Assembly (NCBI GenBank): GCA_012513575.1
Contig: JAAZBX010000007.1
Span: 27,931-91,930, forward strand
DNA length: 64,000 nucleotides
Direction of reading: 5' to 3'
From: Candidatus Dojkabacteria bacterium
Lineage (GTDB): Bacteria; Patescibacteriota; Dojkabacteria; SC72
A program made the translations under genes and the position numbers. This document shows, in pieces, positions 52,310 through 62,095 of the stretch (positions within the stretch are counted from its first letter, which is position 1; each line of letters starts with the position of its first letter). The notes beneath the pieces are model-generated. The model worked only from the letters and a program-made list of their open reading frames with translations. It searched no databases and was not told the DNA's origin.

Positions 52310-54220
52310 ATGGCCAATACTTCAGACTACGGTGCATCAAATATTCAAGTGCTCAAAGGGTTGGAAGCAGTCAGAAGAAGACCCGCAATGTATATTGGCT
52401 CAACTGATGTTCATGGACTTCATCATATTTTTACAGAAATTTTGGATAACTCCGTAGACGAAGCTATTGCTGGATACTGCAGCCAAATATGGGTAATTTT
52501 AAATCAAGACGGCTCTATTACAGTAAGAGATAATGCAAGAGGAATACCTGTAGATATACACCCAGAAACAAAAGTTTCTACTCTTGAGACAGTAATGACC
52601 AATCTTCATGCTGGAGGGAAATTTGAGCAAGGAGCATACAAAGTCTCAGGAGGATTACATGGAGTAGGTATGAAATGCACAAATGCCCTTTCGGAGTGGA
52701 TGGTAACAACCGTTAAGCGCGATGGAGGGATATTTGAGCAAAGATATGAGCGAGGAGTTCCAGTTGCTCCAGTAAAAAGGATTGGAGATTCAAACGAAAC
52801 AGGAACTCAACACACTTTCATGCCCGATGATAAGATATTCAGTACAACAACCTTTGATTTTGAGACAATTGTAAAAAAATGTAGACAACATGCATATTTA
52901 ACTGCAGGGTTAAGGATCTCGGTAATTGATGATACTCACGGAGAATATAAACAGTACGATTTGTATTTCGAAGATGGGATTAAGTCGTATGTTCAGTTCC
53001 TCAACTTAGAAATGAAAGCTATTGGTGAAGAACCATTCTACATGAACAAACAGGATGGAGAAATCGTAGTAGAGGTAGCCTTACAATACACAGACGATAT
53101 GGATGAAGATGTAAGATGCTACACAAACAACATCATTAATCCCGAGGGGGGTACCCACCTTGCAGGTTTTAGGACAGCAATCACAAGTGCAATTAACGCC
53201 TATGCGACAAAAGCAGAATTACTTAAAGGGTTGGGTGGGACATTGAGTGGTGACGACGTAAGGGAAGGCTTGACCGCCGTTATTTCAGTGAAGGTACCAA
53301 ATCCCCAATTTGAAGGTCAAACAAAAATAAAATTGAACAACCCAGAAGTTAAAAGTGTTGTTGCAAAAGTGGTCAGAGATGAATTATTAACATATTTTGA
53401 GGAGCACCCACAAGATGCAAAGAATGTAATTGGGAAAGCAGTTTTAGCAAACAAAGCAAAAGCGGCAGCTAAAGCAGCAAGAGATGCTGTTATTAGAAAG
53501 AATGCCCTAGAATCAACAACCCTTCCAGGGAAATTGGCTGATTGTACTAGCAAAGATCCGGCAGAGAGTGAGCTCTTTATTGTTGAGGGAAATTCGGCAG
53601 GAGGTTCAGCAAAGCAGGGTAGGGATAGACATACACAAGCAATTCTCCCTCTTAGAGGTAAAATTATTAATACTCATAAATACAGAGTCGATAGAGTACT
53701 TGAAAATAGTGAGTTTAATGATATTACTACAGCTTTAGGAGTAGGAATTGGAGACACACTTGATATGGGCAAGCTTAGGTATCATAAAATTATCATTATG
53801 AGTGATGCAGACGTTGATGGACTACACATTACAACTTTAGTTTTGACTTTACTTTTTAGATTTTTTAGACCTTTAATCGAAGGCGGGTATGTTTACGTTG
53901 CTCAACCCCCTTTACATAAAGTAGAGATTGGAAAGAAAAAATTCTACTTCCTCAATGACCAAGAGAAAGATGACTTCGTAACAAAAGCAAAATCGGCTGG
54001 AAAAGTTCCTGTTTCAAACAGGTTCAAAGGATTAGGAGAAATGAATCCAGAGCAATTGAGGGACACTACAATGGACCCGAAGAGTAGGGTACTTAAGAAA
54101 GTTCATATTGAAGATGCAGAAGAAGCAGAGAAGGTGTTTGAGATGTTGATGGGTAATGAAGTTCCACCAAGAAGAAGATTTATCCAGTCTCATGCACGAA
54201 AAGCAACTTTAGATATTTAA
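52310..54220 (+). CDS. gyrB: DNA gyrase subunit B
   Basis: RPAMYIG, EILDNSVDE, GGLHGVG, VEGNSAGG, PLRGK, DADVDG. Confidence 0.96.
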   Translation: MANTSDYGASNIQVLKGLEAVRRRPAMYIGSTDVHGLHHIFTEILDNSVDEAIAGYCSQIWVILNQDGSITVRDNARGIPVDIHPETKVSTLETVMTNLHAGGKFEQGAYKVSGGLHGVGMKCTNALSEWMVTTVKRDGGIFEQRYERGVPVAPVKRIGDSNETGTQHTFMPDDKIFSTTTFDFETIVKKCRQHAYLTAGLRISVIDDTHGEYKQYDLYFEDGIKSYVQFLNLEMKAIGEEPFYMNKQDGEIVVEVALQYTDDMDEDVRCYTNNIINPEGGTHLAGFRTAITSAINAYATKAELLKGLGGTLSGDDVREGLTAVISVKVPNPQFEGQTKIKLNNPEVKSVVAKVVRDELLTYFEEHPQDAKNVIGKAVLANKAKAAAKAARDAVIRKNALESTTLPGKLADCTSKDPAESELFIVEGNSAGGSAKQGRDRHTQAILPLRGKIINTHKYRVDRVLENSEFNDITTALGVGIGDTLDMGKLRYHKIIIMSDADVDGLHITTLVLTLLFRFFRPLIEGGYVYVAQPPLHKVEIGKKKFYFLNDQEKDDFVTKAKSAGKVPVSNRFKGLGEMNPEQLRDTTMDPKSRVLKKVHIEDAEEAEKVFEMLMGNEVPPRRRFIQSHARKATLDI

Positions 54221-54237
54221 ATTTTTTGGAAAATAAA

Positions 54238-54759
54238 ATGGAAGATATTTTTTTAAAAAAGGAGCAAGAAGAAACTCCAAATAGAATGGTAGAGATCTTT
54301 GATTCCTTAGTCACAGATGTGACAACTCTAAACAATTCCCAAGCTTCATCTGATATTGAAAGCACAAAGGAATTGGCCGTTGTAAAACTAATTGACTCTG
54401 ATGATACCACACAAGCAATTATCTCTGCCTTGAAAGGTTCCGAGTATGAACAAAAAATTCAAGAGATATTTCCAAAAAGAAATATAATACAGACAATAGT
54501 CCAGAGGAGAGAGAAAAATCCCTCTATATCAAAAAGATTAATTCTTTTACCTGAACTAAACAAATCACAAGCTGATGATAAAGCCGAAAATTTCACATTA
54601 ATCCTTCTTGACAAGGAGAATGACCTACCCTTCCAAATTATCGGAGAACAGAAGCTTTCACTAAAAGAAAATGTAAAAGAATCTTGCCAAAAGGTTGTTA
54701 ATTTAGAAAAAGCCCAACTTCAAGAAATAACTGATAAATTAGTAAAAAATAGTTTCTAA
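54238..54759 (+). CDS. Hypothetical protein between gyrB and gyrA
   Basis: ORF fills the gyrB-gyrA gap; stop 2 nt before the gyrA ATG. Confidence 0.6.
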   Translation: MEDIFLKKEQEETPNRMVEIFDSLVTDVTTLNNSQASSDIESTKELAVVKLIDSDDTTQAIISALKGSEYEQKIQEIFPKRNIIQTIVQRREKNPSISKRLILLPELNKSQADDKAENFTLILLDKENDLPFQIIGEQKLSLKENVKESCQKVVNLEKAQLQEITDKLVKNSF

Positions 54760-54761
54760 AA

Positions 54762-57491
54762 ATGGATGAGGAAAAAAACATCACACAAGAGAATATAGAG
54801 GGGATAGAACAAGAGATTTCCTTCCATCCTGGAGAGGTATCTCCAAGATCTATTGTTGATGAGATGAAAAGTAATTACCTAGACTACTCAATGTCGGTAA
54901 TTGTTTCAAGAGCGCTCCCAGAAGTAAAAGATGGACTCAAACCATCTCAAAGAAGAATTCTTGTTGCAATTAATGATTTAGATTTAACTCCTTCATCCCA
55001 TTACAGAAAATGTGCGAAAATAGCTGGAGACACCTCTGGTAACTATCATCCTCACGGAGAGGCTGTCGTATATCCTACATTGGTAAAAATGGCCCAAGAT
55101 TTCTCTATGAGATATCCACTTGTTGATGGACAGGGGAACTTTGGCTCCATTGATGGAGATGAGGCAGCAGCGATGAGATACACAGAAGCAAGAATGGGAA
55201 AGATAACTCCAGAATTACTTTCAGAACTAAATAAGGGTACTGTAACTTTCGTTCAAAACTATGATGGTACTAGGCTAGAGCCAACAATTCTTCCTGCTGG
55301 ATTCCCAAATATCCTTGCTAATGGAGGTGATGGTATAGCGGTAGGTATGGCTACTAAAATACCTCCGTTTAATCTCACAGAGTTAATAGAAGCACTTCAA
55401 GGAATGATCAAAATGGGAAATACTTGGGTAGGGAAAGCCGTTTACAACGAACTCAGAAAAGCGAAAGAAGCCAAGGAAATTATCCCTCAAACTCTTAATT
55501 CACAACCCACAGATTACCTTGAAAGCTATGTTAATACATCTGATATTAATTATCAGGAAGAGATAGATGACCTAAAAAAGAAAATTGAAGAAGAAAAAGC
55601 CGTTCTTTACCCTGATTTCAAGTGTGAAATGACCCCTGAACAATTAATCAAAATTGTCCCAGGACCTGATTTCCCAACCGGTGCTACAATTTATGACCAA
55701 CAGGAAATCCTAAACGTCTATGCAACTGGAAGAGGAAGAATCATTCAAAGGGCAACTGCCTCCATCATTGAAGGGAAACAGGGAAAGTACCAGATTGTAA
55801 TTTCTGAAATCCCTTTCCAGGTAAACAAATCACATATGATTGAAAAAATCGCAGACTTGGTAAAGGAGAAAAAAGTCAAAGGAATTGCAGATATCATTGA
55901 CGAATCAAATATTGAAGGAATGCGCGTAGTAGTTTACCTAAAAAGAGATGCTCAACCAAAAGCTGTATTAAACAAGCTTTACAAATATACCGAGATGCAA
56001 AAAGTCTTCAATGCAAATATGATTGCGTTGGTAGATCAGGAGCCTAAAACATTACCAATCAAAAGAATCCTTGAACTCTTCATCTCTTTTAGACTCACTG
56101 TAACAATTAGAAGATTTGAATTTGAACTTGCAGCTGCTAGGTACAGAGGACATATTTTAGAGGGACTACTCAAAGCAATTGATTTACTTGATGAAGTAAT
56201 ATCTACAATTAGAAATTCTAAAACCCAAGATACAGCAAAAACTAACTTAATGGACAAATTTGAATTCACAGAAGTACAAGCACAAGCAATCCTTGATATG
56301 CAATTAAGAAGATTAGCAGCCTTGGAGAGGATGAAACTAGAAAATGAACATAAGGATATTAAAGCAAAAATTGCAGAATTAAATATTAAACTTGATGATC
56401 CAACTAAAATATTAGAAGTTGTAAATACAGATCTCCAACAAATTAAGGAGAAATATGGAGATGCAAGAAGAACAAAAATTGTTAAAGGTAAGATTAACGA
56501 AATTTCAGAGGAGGATATGGTAGCATCAGAAGATACATTGGTTACAATTACACATTCTGGATATATTAAGAGATTAAATCCGAGTACTTACAAAGCTCAA
56601 AATAGGGGAGGCAAGGGTGTAAATGGCGGAGAAACAAAAGAGGGAGATTTCATTGAACATGCATTTCTATGCAACACTCACGATGAGCTACTAATTTTTA
56701 CAAATAAAGGGAAGGTCTTCAATCTTAGAATATTTGAAATACCTGATCTTGGAAGAACAGCAAAGGGATTACCCCTAGTAAACTTAGTACAATTAGAACC
56801 AGACGAGATTGTCACCTCTGTATTAACTAGAGATCCCAAGGGGGTTGTTGGTGAAGGCAAAGCTGCCGAGGGAGAAGAAACAAAAAACTTCAAATACCTT
56901 TTAATGGCGACTGAGAAAGGATTAATCAAAAAAACAGAATTGGGAGAGTTTACCAAGATTAGATCGAATGGTTTGACCGCGATAAAATTAGAAGACGGAG
57001 ATCAATTAACTTGGGTGAAAGCTACTTCAGGTTCTGACGAGGCAATTTTGATTACAAAAGAGGGTAAGTCTGTTAGATTTAAGGAAACAGATGTCAGGCC
57101 TATGGGAAGAAGTACAAAGGGAGTTACTGGAATTAAATTCAGAACTCAAACTGACTCAGTTGTAGGAATGGCAATTGTAGGTTCGAATGAGCAGAAACTT
57201 CTTACCCTTTCTGAATATGGGTATGGCAAAATGAGCTTCCTAAAAGAATATGCAACACAAAAAAGAGCAGGCACAGGTATCTTTACTTTTAGGGTTACTT
57301 CTAAGACTGGTAAGATTGCATGTGCTCGTATTCTTAAAAAAGAGGATCAAGAAATATTTGTTATTTCTGAGAAATCAAAAGTTATTAGATCTGAACTGAA
57401 AGATGTTCCAATACTTGGGAGACAAACATCAGGAGTTAAGGTTATGAATATGAATAGTGGGGACAGGGTTACAACTGTTGCCGTCCTTTAA
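54762..57491 (+). CDS. gyrA: DNA gyrase subunit A with internal insertion
   Basis: DGLKPSQRR, YHPHG, AAMRYTE, GyrA box QNRGGKG, pinwheel repeats. Confidence 0.96.
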   Translation: MDEEKNITQENIEGIEQEISFHPGEVSPRSIVDEMKSNYLDYSMSVIVSRALPEVKDGLKPSQRRILVAINDLDLTPSSHYRKCAKIAGDTSGNYHPHGEAVVYPTLVKMAQDFSMRYPLVDGQGNFGSIDGDEAAAMRYTEARMGKITPELLSELNKGTVTFVQNYDGTRLEPTILPAGFPNILANGGDGIAVGMATKIPPFNLTELIEALQGMIKMGNTWVGKAVYNELRKAKEAKEIIPQTLNSQPTDYLESYVNTSDINYQEEIDDLKKKIEEEKAVLYPDFKCEMTPEQLIKIVPGPDFPTGATIYDQQEILNVYATGRGRIIQRATASIIEGKQGKYQIVISEIPFQVNKSHMIEKIADLVKEKKVKGIADIIDESNIEGMRVVVYLKRDAQPKAVLNKLYKYTEMQKVFNANMIALVDQEPKTLPIKRILELFISFRLTVTIRRFEFELAAARYRGHILEGLLKAIDLLDEVISTIRNSKTQDTAKTNLMDKFEFTEVQAQAILDMQLRRLAALERMKLENEHKDIKAKIAELNIKLDDPTKILEVVNTDLQQIKEKYGDARRTKIVKGKINEISEEDMVASEDTLVTITHSGYIKRLNPSTYKAQNRGGKGVNGGETKEGDFIEHAFLCNTHDELLIFTNKGKVFNLRIFEIPDLGRTAKGLPLVNLVQLEPDEIVTSVLTRDPKGVVGEGKAAEGEETKNFKYLLMATEKGLIKKTELGEFTKIRSNGLTAIKLEDGDQLTWVKATSGSDEAILITKEGKSVRFKETDVRPMGRSTKGVTGIKFRTQTDSVVGMAIVGSNEQKLLTLSEYGYGKMSFLKEYATQKRAGTGIFTFRVTSKTGKIACARILKKEDQEIFVISEKSKVIRSELKDVPILGRQTSGVKVMNMNSGDRVTTVAVL

Positions 57492-57559
57492 TCGCCATAT
57501 CTCTCTTGTAATATTCAAAGTCCTGTGATTATGAGAGAGGAGACATTTCTTAAATGTGC

Positions 57560-57628
57560 TTGAATTCACTTCCGACCTATAGTATAATATAAGTATATAC
57601 CTTTATGGTATAAACTGCTCATTAAAAA
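57560..57628 (+). promoter_or_regulatory. sigma70 promoter, small hairpin and boxA-like site (locus C)
   Basis: TTGAAT(57560)-17 bp-TATAAT(57583); TATACC-TTTAT-GGTATA; CTGCTCATTAAAAA (57615-57628). Confidence 0.8.
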
Positions 57629-57630
57629 CT

Positions 57631-57807
57631 TCCAATTAATACTTTGTGATTTATATCCTGTATTAATCTGGATAAATAGCATGTGATGAGAATATATTCT
57701 TCCTTATCCTTTTTGGGATGCATATTGTACCTAAGTATATTGGGTATATTATGCATCTCAAATGAGGTGATAAAAAATTAAACAAGAAATATTCGAGGAG
57801 GAATATT
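57631..57807 (+). ncRNA. Structured 5' leader shared with locus D
   Basis: Hairpin 57631-57672, arm TAGCATGTGATGAG 57677-57690, long hairpin 57715-57759; covaries with 62164-62307. Confidence 0.7.
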
Positions 57808-58887
57808 GTGAAAAAGCTAGTAGTTTTTATTCTTATGTTAAGTATTGTATTAGGAGCATGTAATCCAAACCCAACAAATGTACCGACTATCGAACCAACA
57901 GCAACTCCAAGTCCAACGCCATTTGTATGGTCGTGCGAAAATGATCCCGTGAGGGGTGTATCGCTAGACTTAGAGGGAATGTACAAGACAAGTATAGAAA
58001 ATAGGTATGTTCCCGGGTGTACTCAGGGGTTTTTCATAGGTCTCTCAGGAGAGGCGTACCAAATCAATTTCCTTTTCAAGGACTATCAAGCTATTAGTCT
58101 TGACAATTCTTTTATCGCCAATTTAGAGACGACTGTTGAGTGGGAAATATATGCTTATGATTATTTTGTTCCACATCATTCTCAAAAAAAAGGTGATATT
58201 ATCTCCTTTGTAATGCCAGCTCCAGGGTATTTTCTTCTTGATCGTAACGGCTACCTTTATTTTGGAGTATTCGATGATCCTAATTTTGAAGATTATGTTA
58301 GGGTATTTGTGGATGGCGAGGAATGGTTTGCTTCTTCTACTACTGTTAGAATCTTGTTATCCCCAAATGGAGAATACATTGTACCGGAAGGAGCCACAGT
58401 AAGAATTGAGTCAATCAAGGATGCAGTTGATTATCAAGGTTTAGAGAATTACGGAACTCTCGGTTGGATTGAAGCAATTGTTTTTGAACGAACGTACCCC
58501 GGGGACACAGCAAAGACCAATCACCCAATTCTGAATGAAGAAACCCAAATTGATTTCGGACCGTATGGGATTTATAAACCCTCCTTTAACGAAGAAAGAA
58601 ACAAGTGGGGCCTTTCCCTTTCAGAAGAATCCATGGTAAAGCCTGGGATTTGGGAGGAAGGATATCTGAGAGACTTCATTTGGCACGGTGGTGCGTATGT
58701 ATTTTATATGCCCGCAGATGGGGTTGTATTTTGGAATAGAAGAACTTCTTCAATTTTGTTTGAAGGGGACGAAACAGATTCAGACACTGACAAAATAGAT
58801 GCACACCTCTATCGAGAGGGTGATTTAGTAGTTGTCTATTTTGAGAGGGCTTCTCTGGATGATTTTTACATTGAGTTTTTGAATTAA
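57808..58887 (+). CDS. Orphan lipoprotein (locus C)
   Basis: GTG start with SD GAGGAGG; lipobox LGAC; Pro/Thr linker; C-terminal domain similar to the locus D protein. Confidence 0.85.
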   Translation: MKKLVVFILMLSIVLGACNPNPTNVPTIEPTATPSPTPFVWSCENDPVRGVSLDLEGMYKTSIENRYVPGCTQGFFIGLSGEAYQINFLFKDYQAISLDNSFIANLETTVEWEIYAYDYFVPHHSQKKGDIISFVMPAPGYFLLDRNGYLYFGVFDDPNFEDYVRVFVDGEEWFASSTTVRILLSPNGEYIVPEGATVRIESIKDAVDYQGLENYGTLGWIEAIVFERTYPGDTAKTNHPILNEETQIDFGPYGIYKPSFNEERNKWGLSLSEESMVKPGIWEEGYLRDFIWHGGAYVFYMPADGVVFWNRRTSSILFEGDETDSDTDKIDAHLYREGDLVVVYFERASLDDFYIEFLN

Positions 58888-59047
58888 TGTCTCCCCAACT
58901 CTAGCTAGGTTTAGAACTGAAATATATCTTTAATATGATTAAACATATTAAAACAAAAATTTCATTTCACACAACCTCATCACATGCTAGAGTTCTATTT
59001 AGATATTTGTTCTAAAATACTATTTTGTATTTTCTGATAAATACCTA

Positions 59048-59272
59048 TCATTGAACTCTTACAATATTAAAATCCCTGTAATACTCATCACCTGATAACG
59101 CTATGATATTTTTTGACAACTCATCATAACTCATCCAGCTATCATCAATTCTTTTTTTCTTTAAACTTTTTTTAAGAATATTCTCAAATTTGCTTAATTT
59201 CTCATTCAAGTGATAAATTTCAGTATTAACAATTTGGGAAATCATTAGATAATCCTCATTTGATAATCTCAT
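59048..59272 (-). CDS. Small hypothetical protein
   Basis: 74-aa ORF with ATG after an AT-rich region; no recognisable motif. Confidence 0.45.
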   Translation of the reverse strand: MRLSNEDYLMISQIVNTEIYHLNEKLSKFENILKKSLKKKRIDDSWMSYDELSKNIIALSGDEYYRDFNIVRVQ

Positions 59273-59401
59273 ACTTTTTATTAATAAATTTATTAATTTA
59301 TTCTAACCCACTCCGAAATATACTTCTTCACCTAGAGAAAAATATATTAACCTTGTATAAAATTGCTATTCTCCAAGAACTATATGTTGTAAAATAAGAA
59401 C

Positions 59402-60226
59402 ATGTCAGAATTCTGGGTAAAAATGATTACTTTTCTAATGAGTTTGACCCTATCTGTATCAACATATAGCCCTATGGGGAAATTAGTTAATCCTGATGAG
59501 AAAGGAATACTTTTCAGAGGAGAAGTTAAAGAGAGATTAATCAATGAGAATTCGGGAATTAAAGCTTTAACAACTCCTAATATCGTATCAAACAATACAA
59601 TCATAGGCTCAAAATGGTGGATATATCCTGAAGAAATTAAGCTAACGAAAAGAAGTGGAAATGATTTACTTGTTCTTGTGAATAAAGAGTATCGCTTACC
59701 AGAAACCTTTATCCCTATAGATCTTGTAAAAGCTAGCCAGTCGGGGATTAGAAGAGGAGAGAGCTATTACCTCAGGAGTATCTTAATTAATGACTTAAGA
59801 GACTTAGTAAACCAGGCTTCAAATGATGGCGTTGATTTAAGTATTCGCTCAGGATATAGATCTTATGCCGACCAACTTTATACTTACAATTTCTGGTTAA
59901 AAGCGAATGGAAATATTGAGGACGAAGCCGACAAGGTATCCGCTAGAGCAGGGCATAGCCAACACCAATTAGGCACTGCAATTGATTTTAGTAGCGCAGA
60001 AATCCAGGATGGATTAGGAGGCCAATTTTCAGGAACCCTTGCAGCCAAATGGTTAGAACAAAATGCATGGAAATACGGATTTGTTTTGGCTTTTCCAAAA
60101 GGATATGAAAATACAACTGGCTTTAGTTACGAAAGTTGGCATTACAGATATATTGGTATCGCTAATGCTTTAAATGTGATAAATAGTGGGAAAATATTGG
60201 AAGTATACTTAAGAGAGATTAATTAA
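59402..60226 (+). CDS. VanY/LdcB-like M15B carboxypeptidase
   Basis: LVNK, SGYRS, SQHQLGTAID (SxHxxGxAxD), YESWH. Confidence 0.92.
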   Translation: MSEFWVKMITFLMSLTLSVSTYSPMGKLVNPDEKGILFRGEVKERLINENSGIKALTTPNIVSNNTIIGSKWWIYPEEIKLTKRSGNDLLVLVNKEYRLPETFIPIDLVKASQSGIRRGESYYLRSILINDLRDLVNQASNDGVDLSIRSGYRSYADQLYTYNFWLKANGNIEDEADKVSARAGHSQHQLGTAIDFSSAEIQDGLGGQFSGTLAAKWLEQNAWKYGFVLAFPKGYENTTGFSYESWHYRYIGIANALNVINSGKILEVYLREIN

Positions 60227-60240
60227 CGTATAATAAAAAA

Positions 60241-60873
60241 ATGAAAAGTAATGGACCTCAAAAGATTCAAAATATTTATGTACTAATAGGATTTTTCTTT
60301 CTTTTTCTCTCGCTTATTGCTATTGCCATACCTATTGGGCCATATGTTTGGTATAGAATCAATCCCAATGAGACAGATAAAGATATTGAAAAAATCGTTA
60401 AGGAGATAACAACTGAAAAAATTGAACACAAAACTAAAACCACATCTCAAGTACCTCCACTTGACCCATCACTTCCGGAAACACCTTTTGTAATTATCCC
60501 CAAAATCAATGTTGAATCTCCGATCTCAACAAATAAAGATTTTAATACTGGCCTTGCAAAGGGCTCATGGATTGTGTCAGATTACGGAACTCCTGAGAAA
60601 CCAGAATTGCCAATTATTCTTGCTGCTCATAGATTCGGCTATGCAAATTGGAGTGTAGAGAAAAGAAATAGAATCTCTTTTTACAATCTCCCAGAGACCC
60701 AAGAGGGAGATGATGTTTTTATCTATTGGAATCAAAGAAGATATAACTACAAGATCTACAAGTCAAAAGAGAGTACCTATATTAGCGATTACAGTGCCGA
60801 CCTCATACTATATACATGCAAATTCTTTAATTCTCCGGTTCGTATCTTCCGGTATGCAGAGCTAGTTAAATAA
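60241..60873 (+). CDS. Sortase
   Basis: N-terminal TM; IPKINV, AAHRF, LILYTC, R triad. Confidence 0.88.
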   Translation: MKSNGPQKIQNIYVLIGFFFLFLSLIAIAIPIGPYVWYRINPNETDKDIEKIVKEITTEKIEHKTKTTSQVPPLDPSLPETPFVIIPKINVESPISTNKDFNTGLAKGSWIVSDYGTPEKPELPIILAAHRFGYANWSVEKRNRISFYNLPETQEGDDVFIYWNQRRYNYKIYKSKESTYISDYSADLILYTCKFFNSPVRIFRYAELVK

Positions 60874-60905
60874 GCATTCCTCACACAGAGAGAAGCCCCA
60901 TAGTG

Positions 60906-60934
60906 TTGCCATTTCGGTTATTTCATGCTATAAT
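60906..60934 (+). promoter_or_regulatory. sigma70 promoter of the small exported peptide gene
   Basis: TTGCCA-17 bp-TATAAT with TG extension. Confidence 0.7.
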
Positions 60935-60967
60935 TATCCTGCATTTAAATTAACTAGCCCTTTATAT

Positions 60968-61207
60968 ATGAGGAAGTTATTTTCAGCAACTTTAGCTGCT
61001 ATCTTGATTTCCGCTATAAATGTTTCTTCTGTCCTAGCTAGTGGGAACCCATACGGTCCATATAATCCATATGAACCTCATGAACCACTTCCAACTGGAT
61101 TTGGTGATACAAACACCTTCTATCTAGTAGCATTAGTCGCATTTACTGTCGGAATGATTATCTTAGCAATAGCTAAAGACCTTAAGGGCAAGCAGTCTGC
61201 TGCATAA
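60968..61207 (+). CDS. 79-aa exported peptide with LPTG-TM-basic tail (candidate sortase substrate)
   Basis: Signal peptide ending VLA; SGNPYGPYNPYEPHEPLPTG; TM; KDLKGK. Confidence 0.75.
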   Translation: MRKLFSATLAAILISAINVSSVLASGNPYGPYNPYEPHEPLPTGFGDTNTFYLVALVAFTVGMIILAIAKDLKGKQSAA

Positions 61208-61276
61208 CAGTTGACTGCTCCCTTGGGGAGCAATAAATGCATTTTCTATAAATTTACTTATTTTTATCATTTTAAA

Positions 61277-62050
61277 ATGAAACTATCTTTGGTTATACCA
61301 ACATACAAAAAACAAAGAGATGTTTTGGATCAATTAGAAAGAGTATACGGCTACCTTTCAAGAAAGAATCCTGACTTTGAACTCATCTTCGTTATTGATG
61401 GGTATGTTGATAATACTAAGGATATTTTAGAAAAATATGTTAAGGAGAATAGATTAAAAAAAGTTTCCATCATAGGATATGAAGATAATATGGGTAAGGG
61501 ATATGCTGTTAGATATGGAATGAAAAGAGCTACAGGGGACGTTATTGGCTTTATTGATGCTGATACAGATATTCAAATTAGGACTTTAGGTTATGCTCTA
61601 AAATCTATCAAACATGATTCTGTCATGGCTGTAGTACCTTCTAAATTTCATAAGGATTCAAATGTTGAAATGAAACTTGGTAGAAAGATTCTTTCCTATG
61701 GATTGATGTATACTAATAGGTTTCTTTTAAAGCTACCAAAGAATGTTGACGATGTTGGGTGTGGTCTCAAATTATTTAGAAAAGAATTAATCGAAAGAAT
61801 ACTTCCTTCGTTAAGAGTAAATAATTTTGCGATAGATTCTGAGATATTAAATCTAATTGGTAGAGTAGGTTACTCAGTTTCCGTTATTCCTTTCTACTTA
61901 AACAAGAACAGAAGTGAAAGTACATCTGCGAATATTGGGAAGATTTTAGGCATGGTGAAAGATATATTTGTCCTTTCATTAAGTAATAGATATATTTTCA
62001 AGAACTCATTCTCAAAGCCATCTTACATTGACAATTCTAGCAACCTATAG
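61277..62050 (+). CDS. GT2 glycosyltransferase (DPM/DPG-synthase-like)
   Basis: LSLVIPTY, NMGKGYAVRYG, FIDAD, GLKLF; start set to ATG 61277. Confidence 0.88.
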   Translation: MKLSLVIPTYKKQRDVLDQLERVYGYLSRKNPDFELIFVIDGYVDNTKDILEKYVKENRLKKVSIIGYEDNMGKGYAVRYGMKRATGDVIGFIDADTDIQIRTLGYALKSIKHDSVMAVVPSKFHKDSNVEMKLGRKILSYGLMYTNRFLLKLPKNVDDVGCGLKLFRKELIERILPSLRVNNFAIDSEILNLIGRVGYSVSVIPFYLNKNRSESTSANIGKILGMVKDIFVLSLSNRYIFKNSFSKPSYIDNSSNL

Positions 62051-62089
62051 TATAATACATGTGTTAATTGTTAACCTGCTCTTTATAAA
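62028..62089 (+). promoter_or_regulatory. Consensus sigma70 promoter, small hairpin and boxA-like site (locus D)
   Basis: TTGACA(62028)-17 bp-TATAAT(62051); GTTAA-TTG-TTAAC; CTGCTCTTTATAAA (62076-62089). Confidence 0.85.
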
Positions 62090-62095
62090 TTAATC

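Noticed and set aside
55410-55630. Intein in GyrA
   Set aside because: Too short, lacks C/S start and HN end, and is not next to the catalytic Tyr
57539-58894. 9-bp inverted repeat GGAGACATT/AATGTCTCC around locus C as transposon ends
   Set aside because: Short, the left copy lies upstream of the promoter, no target duplication or transposase; plausible by chance
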